A stretch of DNA of 64,000 nucleotides from Octopus vulgaris (Eukaryota): contig OX597824.1 of assembly GCA_951406725.2 (NCBI GenBank), positions 28,582,001 to 28,646,000 on the forward strand, in the 5' to 3' direction. Below the pieces are notes generated by a model, which had not been told where the DNA came from, made no database searches, and saw only the letters and a program-made list of their open reading frames with translations. A program made the position numbers and the translations under genes. Below, in pieces: positions 53,479 through 64,000 of this stretch; within the stretch, counting starts at the first letter, position 1; each line of letters begins with the position of its first letter.

Positions 53479-53965
53479 TAAGATATAATCCCAAACAGAC
53501 ACTCACTTCTCTCTTATTCTGTCTTCCTACCCCTTTCTCTTTCTCAATCCCTCTGTCTTAAACACTCTCACTGCTCGCTTCTCCATATACCAACAGGAAT
53601 AGCGGAAGGATTAAGAAGTCCGTTGCTTGGCGTCTTAGGCAAGTATCTTCTACTGTTAAGTCGAATGGACCCAAGACTTGAAATTGAAATTCGATAAGTA
53701 AAAACTACATGGACATCCATGGAATGAGTTGTACTTGTAAGTCAAAACCACATTTTTGCCGTAGTAAGGGAGACACTATTTGAAATTTATCTATGTGCAC
53801 AACTGTCAATGGAATACTCAGCCAGTTATACGGGAATTCAATCTGAAGGTAATTCACTTGATCGGGTGACCATATCCTTATCGTCGAAACCAACGGAACC
53901 CCATTACATTCATACACGCTCACACATGCATACGCACACACACATACATAGACGCTCACACACAC

Positions 53966-54022
<57 letters not shown>

Positions 54023-54115
54023 ATATATATATATGTATGTATATATTTATATACATTTATATATATATATATATATACACACACATATATATATTTATAT
54101 ACATGTATATATATA

Positions 54116-54151
<36 letters not shown>

Positions 54152-54323
54152 CATACATATATATATATGTATATATATGTATATATGTATGTATATATAT
54201 ATACATATGAACATATATATGTATATATGTATATATATACATATATATGTAAATATGTATATATATATAAACGTATACATACATATATATATATACATAT
54301 GTATATATATATATATATATACA

Positions 54324-54707
54324 CTAGCAGTATCGCCTGGCGTTGCTCAGGTTTGTAAGGGAAATAAGTATAAAGCATTTTTAGAGAGTTATAGCCAAAA
54401 AATAACAAAAAAATGGAAAAAAATGATGGTAAATTTTTTTTTGAGAGTTAAAAAAGGATGGAGCTGCGTCCCCTAGACAGTTTGTGGTTCGTGTTTCTGA
54501 TTCTCGACCCCATGTCGAATTTATCGATTTTTTTCAGAACTGGGGGAACTTTTCAAAATTTTGGCTGCGTTAGTTTTGAATTATGATATTGGGCTATGTA
54601 TGTGTCAAGTTTCATCAGAATCGGTTGAAAGCCGTGGTCAGGGTGAGGGTACAAGCAAACAGACACACAGAAACACGCACAGACAAACTGCCGTTTATAT
54701 AGAGAGA
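54324..54707 (-). mobile_element. Non-autonomous Helitron
   Basis: The minus strand starts A|TCTCTCTATATAAAC and ends with the hairpin cctg-agcaacgc-cagg then CTAG|T. Inserted at AT within (TA)n with no TSD. Confidence 0.85.
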
Positions 54708-54718
54708 TATATATATAC

Positions 54719-54772
<54 letters not shown>

Positions 54773-54984
54773 ATGTATGCCCTTATGAACAAGTGACGGC
54801 ATCTCTACGTCTATACATTCACGCAATGACCTCTAATAAACCACATTATTACACACAATCGCACATGCCCCTGCTCGTATGCATACGCACATTTTGATAT
54901 TGTAATTAAGATTTCGCAATTGTTATTTTCTTTTCTTTTTGCTCTGTTATTTCTGTTTCGTTCATATTTCTTGTTCCCTGCTGT

Positions 54985-54988
54985 CTCC

Positions 54989-55022
<34 letters not shown>

Positions 55023-55215
55023 CAAGAAGGCCAACAACACCAACGGTACCACCGGCGCCACCAGCTCCAAAATGGCAACTCTACTAACGATAATATTGAC
55101 ACCGAACAAATACTTCCCAACAGTAACCCAGACCTGATCATCATCATCATCATTACCATACAGCATACTAACAAGAACAACAACAGACAAGACCATCACC
55201 AACAACTTCAGTACC
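54985..55215. repeat. Cryptic CAC/CAA/CAT triplet low-complexity tract
   Basis: Degenerate trinucleotide repeats. Confidence 0.75.
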
Positions 55216-56274
55216 AATAAAAACTAGTGCAACGCTAAACATTATATTTACACTTTAGAGTCCTGAAGGGAAAACGTGTACTTGATACGAGCACATTTAA
55301 TTATATCTCTCTCCTTTAGCGAAAATCATTTTCATTTAATAAGGAAATATCATAAATAGAGATGTGAGAATTAAAAAAAAAAAGCTATGAGTTTAAAAGT
55401 CGTGAGGTAACTATAATATAGTCAATTGAAATGGCCTCAAACACACGCCTTGCTAATTGACTGTATGTCTTGGAATTTAAACCCGCTATGTTAAATATAG
55501 CAATGTTTTTCCATGAAGAATCGGATAGAAATTCGTAGATATTAAAATTATACGTGTCGTTTATAGTTTTGTTTACATGTTTATATGCTTGTGTGTGACT
55601 GTGTACGTATGTAGAAATCTTAATACGCGTCTGTGGATACTTTAGATTATTAATATGAGAGTACATGTGTGTGTGTGTATGTATGTGTGTGTCTGTGTGT
55701 GTCTGTGTGTGGCTGTGCTATTTGTTAATCGAGAGGAATTCAGGTAACGGATTTGGTTTCGATTCATGCTGAAAACGTGTGTAATTATATTGAAAATAGC
55801 CTGGAGAGTGTAATAAATATTCCGTGTGCACTTGTAACCATTTCCTTTAATCTACAAATCTATTATCCAATCAAAGAGAAAACACTAATGTGTTAGTCTT
55901 AGGGGAGCAGCATATTTTGTTTTCCATTATTTCTTTTATAATTTACATTTGACGAACTGCGGCCATGCTGGAGCATCGCCTTCAAACAATGTATAATTGA
56001 CTATATAGCCCCCAGATTTACTCATCGTAGTTAGATACGAAATGCATGCTATTATTATGTGTAAGGAGAGGCCATTCAGTTTGCACATTGATACTACATC
56101 GTAGTTGATTTTGAATATACTGGTTCAAAATCTGCGTCGATATTAGTGCGTCCACAAGTATCTTTGTGTCGTTATATTTATATATCTATCTATCTATCTA
56201 TATATATATATATATATATATATCTGTATATTTGTATATTTTATCCTCCTGTGATATCATTAGTTAATATATTG

Positions 56275-56574
56275 TTTATTGTTTGATCCTTCTCGAGCCA
56301 TGCCTGGCTCATAACGGCCGGTTTCCCGGTTTCCTTGGCGTATAGGTTCCCCACCTGGACGGGTCGCCGGTCCGTCGTAGGTGAGCTGCAAAATGGAGGA
56401 GGAAAGAGTGAGAGAAAGTTGTGGCGAAAGAGTCAGCAGATGTTCGCCATTATCTTCTGCTGGAGCCGCGTGGAGCTTAGATGTTTCGCTCAGAAACACA
56501 CACATCGCCCGGTCTGAGATTCGAACCCGCGATCTCGAGTCCGCTGCTCTAACCACTAGGTCATGTGCCGCCAC
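56275..56574 (-). mobile_element. tRNA-derived SINE with Meta-like 3' half
   Basis: Minus strand: tgacctagtggttagagcagcggactcg..ggttcgaatctc..gacggaccggcgacccgtccagg..gaaaccgggaaaccgg. Confidence 0.88.
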
Positions 56575-56809
56575 AGTTAATATATAACTAAGAAGATAAA
56601 TCTAAACAAACAATTTCGTATTATTGACTACAAACACGCACAGAAACTTCGTTATAAACAAAACAACTATTAGTTCGTTCATGTTGTTAGGTATTACAAA
56701 TGCCTCTCACTACAATAACAATCAGAATAACAAAAACAAATTGCCCCGTTTATCATATTCGTGATCCTGAAATTGCATCAATATATGCTACTCATTCATA
56801 TACCTAATA

Positions 56810-57397
56810 TTGGTCCCAATTTGCGGGAAGAACATAAATCGATTACATCGACCCCAGTGTTCTACTACTACTTATTTTACCGACGCGAAAAGGGATGAAG
56901 GGTAAAGTCTACCTCAGTGACATTTCAACTCGGAACATAAAGACTGATGAATTGCCGTCCAACATTTAGCCCGGCGTGGTAATGATTCCGCCAGATCGCT
57001 GCCTTTCTACTACAGGTACAAGGCCCGAAATTTGGGGGAGGGGACTAGTCGATTAAATCAACCCGTGTTTGAAGGTACTTAATTTATCGACCCTGAAAGG
57101 ATGAAAGGCAAAGTTGACCTCGGCGGAATTTGAACTCAGAACGTAGCGGTAGAAGAAATACCTATTTCTTTACTACGCACAAGAAGCTAAACACAGAGAC
57201 GACAAACAAAGACAGACAAACGTATTAAGTCGATTATATCGACACCAGTGCGTAACTGGTACTTATTTAATCGACACCGAGAGGATGAAAGGCAAAGCCG
57301 ACGACGGCGGAATTTGAACTCAGAACGTAACGGCAGACGAAATACCGCTAAGCATTTCGCCCGGCTTGCTAACGTTTCTGCCAGCTCGACGCCTTAA
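56810..57397 (-). mobile_element. Family B SINE cluster: old monomer 56810-57003 plus dimer 57004-57397
   Basis: Same aaagaaata|ggtatttc junction near 57162. Confidence 0.88.
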
Positions 57398-58089
57398 TGA
57401 CATTCTTATTATTGTTTATCATTAACAAACTGAAAGAGAATATTTACAAAATAACGGAACTATTATTAGCAAAATAAATACGTGCCAAAACGTCTTCATT
57501 AATTTCGAATATAAAATCCTTTCTGCTATAGGCACAAGGCCTGAAATTGTGGGAGAGGTGGTTAATCAATTACATTGAATAACCACTTTTCCCACAATAA
57601 GTAGCTGGTATTAATTTCATCGATCACGAATTGAAAGATAAAATATATATTTACATATACACGCCCGCGTGCGTGTGAGAGAGAGAGAGTGTTTGTGTGT
57701 ATGTGTTAGATTCATCCGTATCGTTGAAGAAGTTTTACAGAGAATTGGAGGAAAGAAAGGACATGCAAAGTGAAAGGAAGAGCTCTGAAATCGAACTAGT
57801 TACCTGAGAAACGCAAACATAAGACCGCCCCGTCTGACAAAGCTGAACCAACAGTGGTGCCACTTGCTACGAACAGAACAGGATAGCAACGGCCTAAAGA
57901 AAATGTGGACTATGCAAGCCTAGAGACAAGTTGCCTTCAATTTTAAGAAATCACAAAGGACCGCTCTGTAGTAGAGCCTTCCGATGAGGAGTCGGATTGA
58001 TTGGCCACGGCCGGACACACTTCTCCAATGTTATGTCCTTGGTCATTGTCGACTATACAGACGAATTATGAATAATAGTAATAATAATT

Positions 58090-58440
58090 ACGGAGATGTA
58101 CTCGCATAGCAAGTGATTTGATCTGAGATCGTGTGCTGGAACAAAAGTAATTGCAGCGTGGAAGGTGTTTGTAAGCCATTTAAGAAACACACAAAAGCCA
58201 TTCGATTCACTTCAACATTTAAGTTTAATTTGTCAAAATATTTTCGTCGCTAAAATCCGCGACCTGTTCACTGACAAAAATCCGTGCTGCAGAGATGCAC
58301 CACGGATTTTTGTCAGTGAACAGGTCGCGGATTTTAGCGACGAAAATATTTTGACAAATTAAACTTAAATGTTGAAGTGAATCGAACGGCTTTTGTGTGT
58401 TTCTTAAATGGCTTACAAACACCTTCCACGCTGCAATTGT
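58090..58440. mobile_element. Foldback element, probably Penelope-like inverted terminal repeat, in an AAT-rich site
   Basis: 138-bp arms at 58149-58286 and 58301-58438 with one mismatch, a 14-nt loop and a one-sided extension at 58090-58148. Confidence 0.75.
58309..58358 (+). ncRNA. Candidate minimal type I hammerhead ribozyme with G3:C8 core variant (mirror copy on the minus strand at 58229-58278)
   Basis: Stem I TTTGTCA/TGACAAA, core GTGAACA plus an extra G, stem II GTCGC/GCGAC, GAA, and palindromic stem III AATATT. Confidence 0.55.
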
Positions 58441-58449
58441 TTTAGTAAT

Positions 58450-58667
58450 AATAATCTTTTCTAGTTAAGGCAGGAGGCCTGAATTTTGGTGGGAGGGGGA
58501 AAATCGATTACATCGACCCTAGTACTCGACCGGTGTCTATTTTATCGAACACAGAAGGATGAAAAGCAAGGTCAATCTTAGCAGCATTTGAACACAGAAT
58601 ATCAAGAGGGACGAAATACTGGTAGGCATTTTGCGAGGCGTGTTAACGATTCTGGCAGCACGCCATC
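58450..58667 (-). mobile_element. Degenerate family B SINE
   Basis: aatcgattacatcgaccc..gaaggatgaaaagcaaggtcaa..ttaacgattctggcagc. Confidence 0.75.
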
Positions 58668-58705
58668 TTGATGATGAGGATGATGCTAATAATAATAATA
58701 ATAAT

Positions 58706-59972
58706 GTGCAGAGGTACCAAAGATCAACTCCTAGTAGACAAAACTGTACTTATAGACTGCAAGAGGAGGGAGACTAATGCCTCCAAGTCATGGATCGATT
58801 ATCGTAAGGCGTACGATATTATGGAATGCATGAACGTATTTGGTATTGCATCGAATGTTGAGCGATTGCTTGGAAAATGTATGGCGAAATGGTGGATGGA
58901 ACTGACTGATTCTGAGGAAAGCAAAGGCTGGGTATGTATTCAAGAGCCGCCAACGCGAAGACAAGCACTTTTTATTCATGGATGACGTCCAAATTTATGA
59001 TAAAGATGAATCCTAAGTCAATTTCCTCGTTGATACGGTGTATACTTTCAGCGCTGATATCAGAATGGAGTTCGGACTGAAAAAGAGAGACGTGTTAGCC
59101 TTGAAGAGAGGTAAAATCAAATGTATGGACGGGCTAGCGATACCGTCGGGGAAAGTTATAAAGTAGATAGAAGAGACAGTCTATAAGCACGTGGGGATAT
59201 TGTACAGATTGATGGAAAAAGAAATAGCCAAAAAATTTAAAGTGGAATACTTGTGCAAACTGAGACTGATACTTAAGACGAAATCAAACGGACGGAATAA
59301 GATTGAAGCTATCAACACCTGGGTGGTTTTACTCCTTAGATATGAATCAGAGGTATCGCATGGAGAGTAGACAAACTAAACAGCTTAGACAGAAAGACAA
59401 GGAAGTTGCTGACAAGATATGGTATACTCCACCTAAAAAGTGACACAAACATACTGTTTGTACCACGAAAAAGCGGGGGAAGAGGACTGATTGGATATGA
59501 ACACAGCATTAGAGCAGAATAAAACAATATAGCATGGTATGTAAAGATACCACGGAACCGCTATTATTGGACGTAAGAAGGTCAGGCTTGCGTAACATGA
59601 AAGATGGCAAAGATAAAGCATTGTACAAGTACTTGGAGATGAATGAAACTGGAAATAGGTGGGTAAAGAAAAGAATGCACTGACAATTTCAAAGGGATGT
59701 TGAAGATAAGACAGACAGAGAAAAAAGATGATTATGGATGACTAAAAGTCATTTAAAACTGGAAGGTCTAATCTCTGCTGCTCAAGAGCAAGCATTAAGA
59801 ACCAGTTACATCTAATACAGAATAGATAAAACATCAGAATGTGATAAGTACAGTATTTGTAGACAAAATAGAGAAACCGTATGACATATTACCAGTAAAT
59901 GTACGCCAATAACCCAGAAAGAATATAATAGATGTCATGATAACATTAAGGGTTGTCCATTGTACACTTTGC
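58706..59972 (+). mobile_element. Decayed R4/Dong-type (RLE) non-LTR retrotransposon fragment flanked by (AAT)n
   Basis: [67 protein letters not shown], a decayed CCHC and an RHD-like motif. Many stops and deletions. Confidence 0.85.
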
Positions 59973-60027
<55 letters not shown>

Positions 60028-60059
60028 GTAATAATAATAATAATAAATTTAATAATAAT
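59973..60059. repeat. (AAT)n microsatellite
   Basis: Direct inspection. Confidence 0.95.
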
Positions 60060-61262
60060 GTGTGTAATATATATATATATGTATGTGTGTGTGTGTGTGT
60101 ATAGATATACAGATATATATGTGCGTGTACGTGTGTGTATGTGTACGGCTTTGTGTTCATATTTGACCCCCTCAGAGGTCGAGAACCGAGTTGGTTTGTT
60201 TACTTCCACGTAACTTAGTGATTCGTCAAAAGTACCAATAGATGTACCAGGCTTTAAAAGACCGTGAAAAGTATCGGTGTCAATTTTTTTTCTACTAAAA
60301 TCTTCAAGGCAGTGCTCCAACAAGGCCGCATTGAAATATATAGAACAAAAAAATAAATGCGTCACATATGTAAGTAAATATGACCCAACACACACATACA
60401 TACACACACACACATTCACACACACGATGATTGATGATTCAACAGCACAGATAAATATATCGTACAATTTTTTTTTCAGGAATTATTCCGAGAAAATCAT
60501 GACGAATCGCAATGTCACAAAAGTATCATTTAAGAAACAAACATTCATGGACGACATTCTGTTCTGCTGAAAACCATTTCGTTGAACGTACATCATTGAT
60601 GGTTTGTGTGAAATATCTTCGAAAGGTAATGACGGAAAACGTTTTGCTACAGGAAATGATCCGCTAAATTAAAACAAAGTATAATACGCTTGGCTATGAG
60701 TGCATGGCCATCTGCTGGGGACACTATAAACTGTGTACAATTCATTTGTCGTGAACGTTAAACAAATCAAAACATAGTGCCGTATATGATCGTATTAGAG
60801 AACAGTAAATCCGTTGAGATAATAACTAGCATTTTGATATTACAAAACCTTCCCAACCTTCTATTTCTTCTTCTTCTCTGTAAATCGAAGATAAACTTTC
60901 CTTAATTTTCACCACGCATTACTGCCTGTCTTGGAGAAAATTGAAAGAAAATATTCGTTTGGAATCTCTTGTGAAATAGAAACTGTCTTTGCGGTAATTA
61001 GTTATTGCATTCACATCTTTATTAATATTCATTTCTCACCTGCGCAATTTTCGTCCATTTTCTTCCAATATATTCTGCTCTCATCTTCTTGTTTTCCTTC
61101 TTACTCTTAGTCTTTCTCGCTTCTATCTTCAACTTCCTCGCATTCCATTTCCCTCAGTTAACCAAGCACAACAAGTAATCATCGTTTAAGGAGAAGTTAT
61201 TGAACATCATCACGAGGCGTACCAACATACACATTCTTGATTGAATGAGTATGTATGTCAAC

Positions 61263-61299
<37 letters not shown>

Positions 61300-61331
61300 A
61301 GATGATTCCGTTCCTCCGAGCACACATACAG

Positions 61332-61422
<91 letters not shown>

Positions 61423-61616
61423 GTGAATGATGAACGATTAAGTACACCGGTACTTACCTCCGGCAGGACTCATAGGAACGGAGAGTATCTGAAAGTGCAA
61501 AAATGGAGATTTCTATCGTGGAAACCTAGGTTTTAACAAACAGCAAACCCGCAGGGTTTACTCCCCTACTTCCCTTATACATATATAACATATTATAATA
61601 TGATATAATATAATAA

Positions 61617-61872
61617 AATAAATGCGCCCTTTTAAAGCCTAGCCATGATTATGGGCTCGGTTTCCCAGTTTCTAGGGCGTATGTATTCCCCAGATTTACG
61701 GGACGCCAGTCCATCGCAGCGTTACTCATTTTTGCCAGTTGAGTGGACTGGAGCAACGTGAAATGAAGTGTTTTGCTCAAGAACACAATGCGTCGCCCGG
61801 TTCAGGAATCGAAACCACAATCTCACGATCATGATGCTAACACCCACCCTAACCACAAATCACGAGCCTCCA
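61617..61872 (-). mobile_element. Family C SINE
   Basis: Reverse complement of 6467-6722, flanked by (AATAT)n. Confidence 0.88.
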
Positions 61873-61873
61873 C

Positions 61874-61970
61874 ATAATATAATATAATTTATTATATTAT
61901 AATATAATATAATATAATATAATATAATATAATATAATATAATATAATATAATATAATACAATACAATAT
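61874..61970. repeat. (AATAT)n pentanucleotide microsatellite
   Basis: Direct inspection. Confidence 0.92.
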
Positions 61971-62574
61971 TAGTTTTACGTTGCCCAAGTTCACTCAATT
62001 ACGAAAAATGTAATTCAAAGAGTCAGCCTTGATGCATTCTGTGCATCGGGCTGAATTTTCCTGAGAACTATGTAAGGGTGCGCTTGACTCTAGAGGGCTC
62101 AGTCATTTGCACATTAATTTCACGAGCAAGCTGCTGCGTTGATCGGCGGGAATAGATATTCTAATAGAGACTTACGTTTATATTTTCTGTATTGCCTTTA
62201 ACATTCTACAACAAAAACTTCTATAACTTACCTATGTGCGTTCCTCTAACGCAAAACACGTTGCAGATAGATTTGTGCTACGAATTAAACTCATAGATTT
62301 AAAGTACTTTTGTTTTACGAATGATCGCATATGTATCACATGAAACTTTGAGATTTTAAACTTTTAAATTTCACACAAATAATTATTTCGACATCAGTAT
62401 ATACATTATGATATTTTCACAATATTTTGACATACATATATCAAGAAGACATTGAATTGCATATATTGTAATGCTTAATTTCATATTTAATCCCTTCTTA
62501 ATTAATTTACAATAGTAAATCATTAACATTTTATGCCTCGGAGAGTTATTTGCTTCTGATTATATGTATGTATG

Positions 62575-62635
<61 letters not shown>

Positions 62636-63025
62636 TGCTCTTATTTTTTCTCATTCATCTTTTTTCCATTCATTTTAATTACGTTTATGAAAACACACGA
62701 TACTGCCCTAATATAAGTTAGATATGTGACATTATAAGAAATTCCCTCGCCCACTGATAATTAATTATATATAACACATTGATATCACAATGTCTGATAA
62801 ATTGCACGTTTATTTTCTATAAAATCTCTCTATTTATATTTCTCTTTCTAATTATCTTTATATAATTCACACATATTTTAATTAGGTCTGTCTCCAGATA
62901 ACAAGACTTCTCGTGACATTATTATCCAAATTCCAGTGCGGTGATCATACTACATGTTGCAAAAATTTGAAATACGAACACACATGTCTATGTGTGTGTT
63001 TGTGTGTATGAGTATGTATGTATGT

Positions 63026-63069
<44 letters not shown>

Positions 63070-63282
63070 GATTGTGTGTGTGTGTGTGTATGTGTGTGTG
63101 TGTGTGTGTGTGTATAGCGATTACTACTACACTCAAATTCACATGCCCATGGAGGATTTTAATCCAATAGATAATATATGAAGCGAAGATTAACATTAGT
63201 GCATTGCAATCCGACGATGGCTTAAATGGCCAACACTTCGAAGTTACTGTCAATAATGTTCTCGGTTAAAAATAACAAGATC

Positions 63283-63325
<43 letters not shown>

Positions 63326-63420
63326 AGTAGTTGAATGAATTATCTTATTAAGGATAATTCGAAAGATAACCGATACCTGGGTAGCAAATTCACATCAGAA
63401 AAATTACATTTTTTCATAAA

Positions 63421-63470
<50 letters not shown>

Positions 63471-63472
<2 letters not shown>

Positions 63473-64000
63473 GGGGTTGGACAAAATAACGAAAACACCA
63501 AGTATCATAGCATCATAATTTTGAAATAACTATAAAACCGCCAAAAGCCTGTTTATTTTTATGTATTTTTATTTATTATTAGTGTTGCTTAATACGTTTT
63601 GCTAAAATTGCTGTTTCTATTCAGATATCATCAGAAAAATGTAATTAAAAATTCATTAAAATGACTGACCTATTTGACTTTCAAAGAGGTCAAATTGTTG
63701 ATGCTCGTATGGTAGGCGCAAGTGTAACGAAAAGAGCCGAAATGTTTGGTGTATCAAAAAGTACTGACTCGAAAGTAATGACGGCCTTTGAAAAAGAGGG
63801 AAAAAAACTCCTCGTCGAAACAAAACTCCGGAAGAAAGCCAAAAGTTTCTGATAGGGACCGTCGAATTCTTACGCGAATTGTTAGAAAGGATCACAAAAG
63901 TACAGCTTCCAAAACTACTGCAGAGCTTAATGACAACCTCGAGAACCCAGTTTCCACAAGAACTGTTCGCGGGGAGTTGCACAAAGCCGGATTTCACGGG
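63471..64000 (+). mobile_element. Tc1-family transposon, 5' part with frameshifted transposase N-terminus
   Basis: Left TIR CAGGGGTTGGACAAAATAA after (TA)n. MTDLFDFQRGQIVDARMVGASVTK.. then, after a frameshift, NSGRKPKVSDRDRRILTRIVRKDHKSTA..VSTRTVRGELHKAGF (paired-type HTH and GRPR-like motif). Confidence 0.9.

Noticed and set aside
54939-55220. Poly-P/T/Q ORF as a possible exon
   Set aside because: Cryptic triplet repeat that is open in several frames on both strands, with no convincing splice context.
55700-55930. Unique non-repetitive stretch with TAAT and ATCAAAG motifs as a possible enhancer (similar stretches near 24690-24830 and 46380-46960)
   Set aside because: Such short motifs are expected by chance in AT-rich DNA and cannot be supported without conservation or chromatin data.
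58165-58422. Two near-identical 65-aa ORFs on opposite strands
   Set aside because: Consequence of the palindrome; no coding evidence.

Overview
AT-rich, microsatellite-saturated eukaryotic non-genic DNA. The SINE repertoire and repeat landscape are most consistent with an octopus (cephalopod) intergenic or intronic region; this is inference. I found no host protein-coding exon, rRNA or CRISPR array, and nearly all listed ORFs are read-throughs of (TA)n, (CA)n or (GATA)n. The window contains several Tc1/mariner relics, a non-autonomous Helitron, a TTAA-flanked piggyBac-like MITE, LINE fragments of the Tx1/L1, R4/Dong, CR1 and RTE types, Penelope-like foldback pieces and at least three tRNA-derived SINE families. 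Highlights: (1) a stop-free Tx1-type RT fragment and a separate LINE 3' end, both embedded in (GATA)n in the same orientation. (2) A SINE whose tail is homologous to that LINE 3' end and which repeatedly sits at one position inside SINE heads, building head-to-tail arrays. (3) A 444-bp TG..CA element with a 5-bp TSD, a palindromic terminal unit and three tRNA-3'-end (PBS-like) motifs. (4) A near-perfect 290-bp palindrome carrying a hammerhead-like fold with a compensatory G3:C8 core swap. All coordinates were read by eye, and boundaries of degenerate repeats are approximate.
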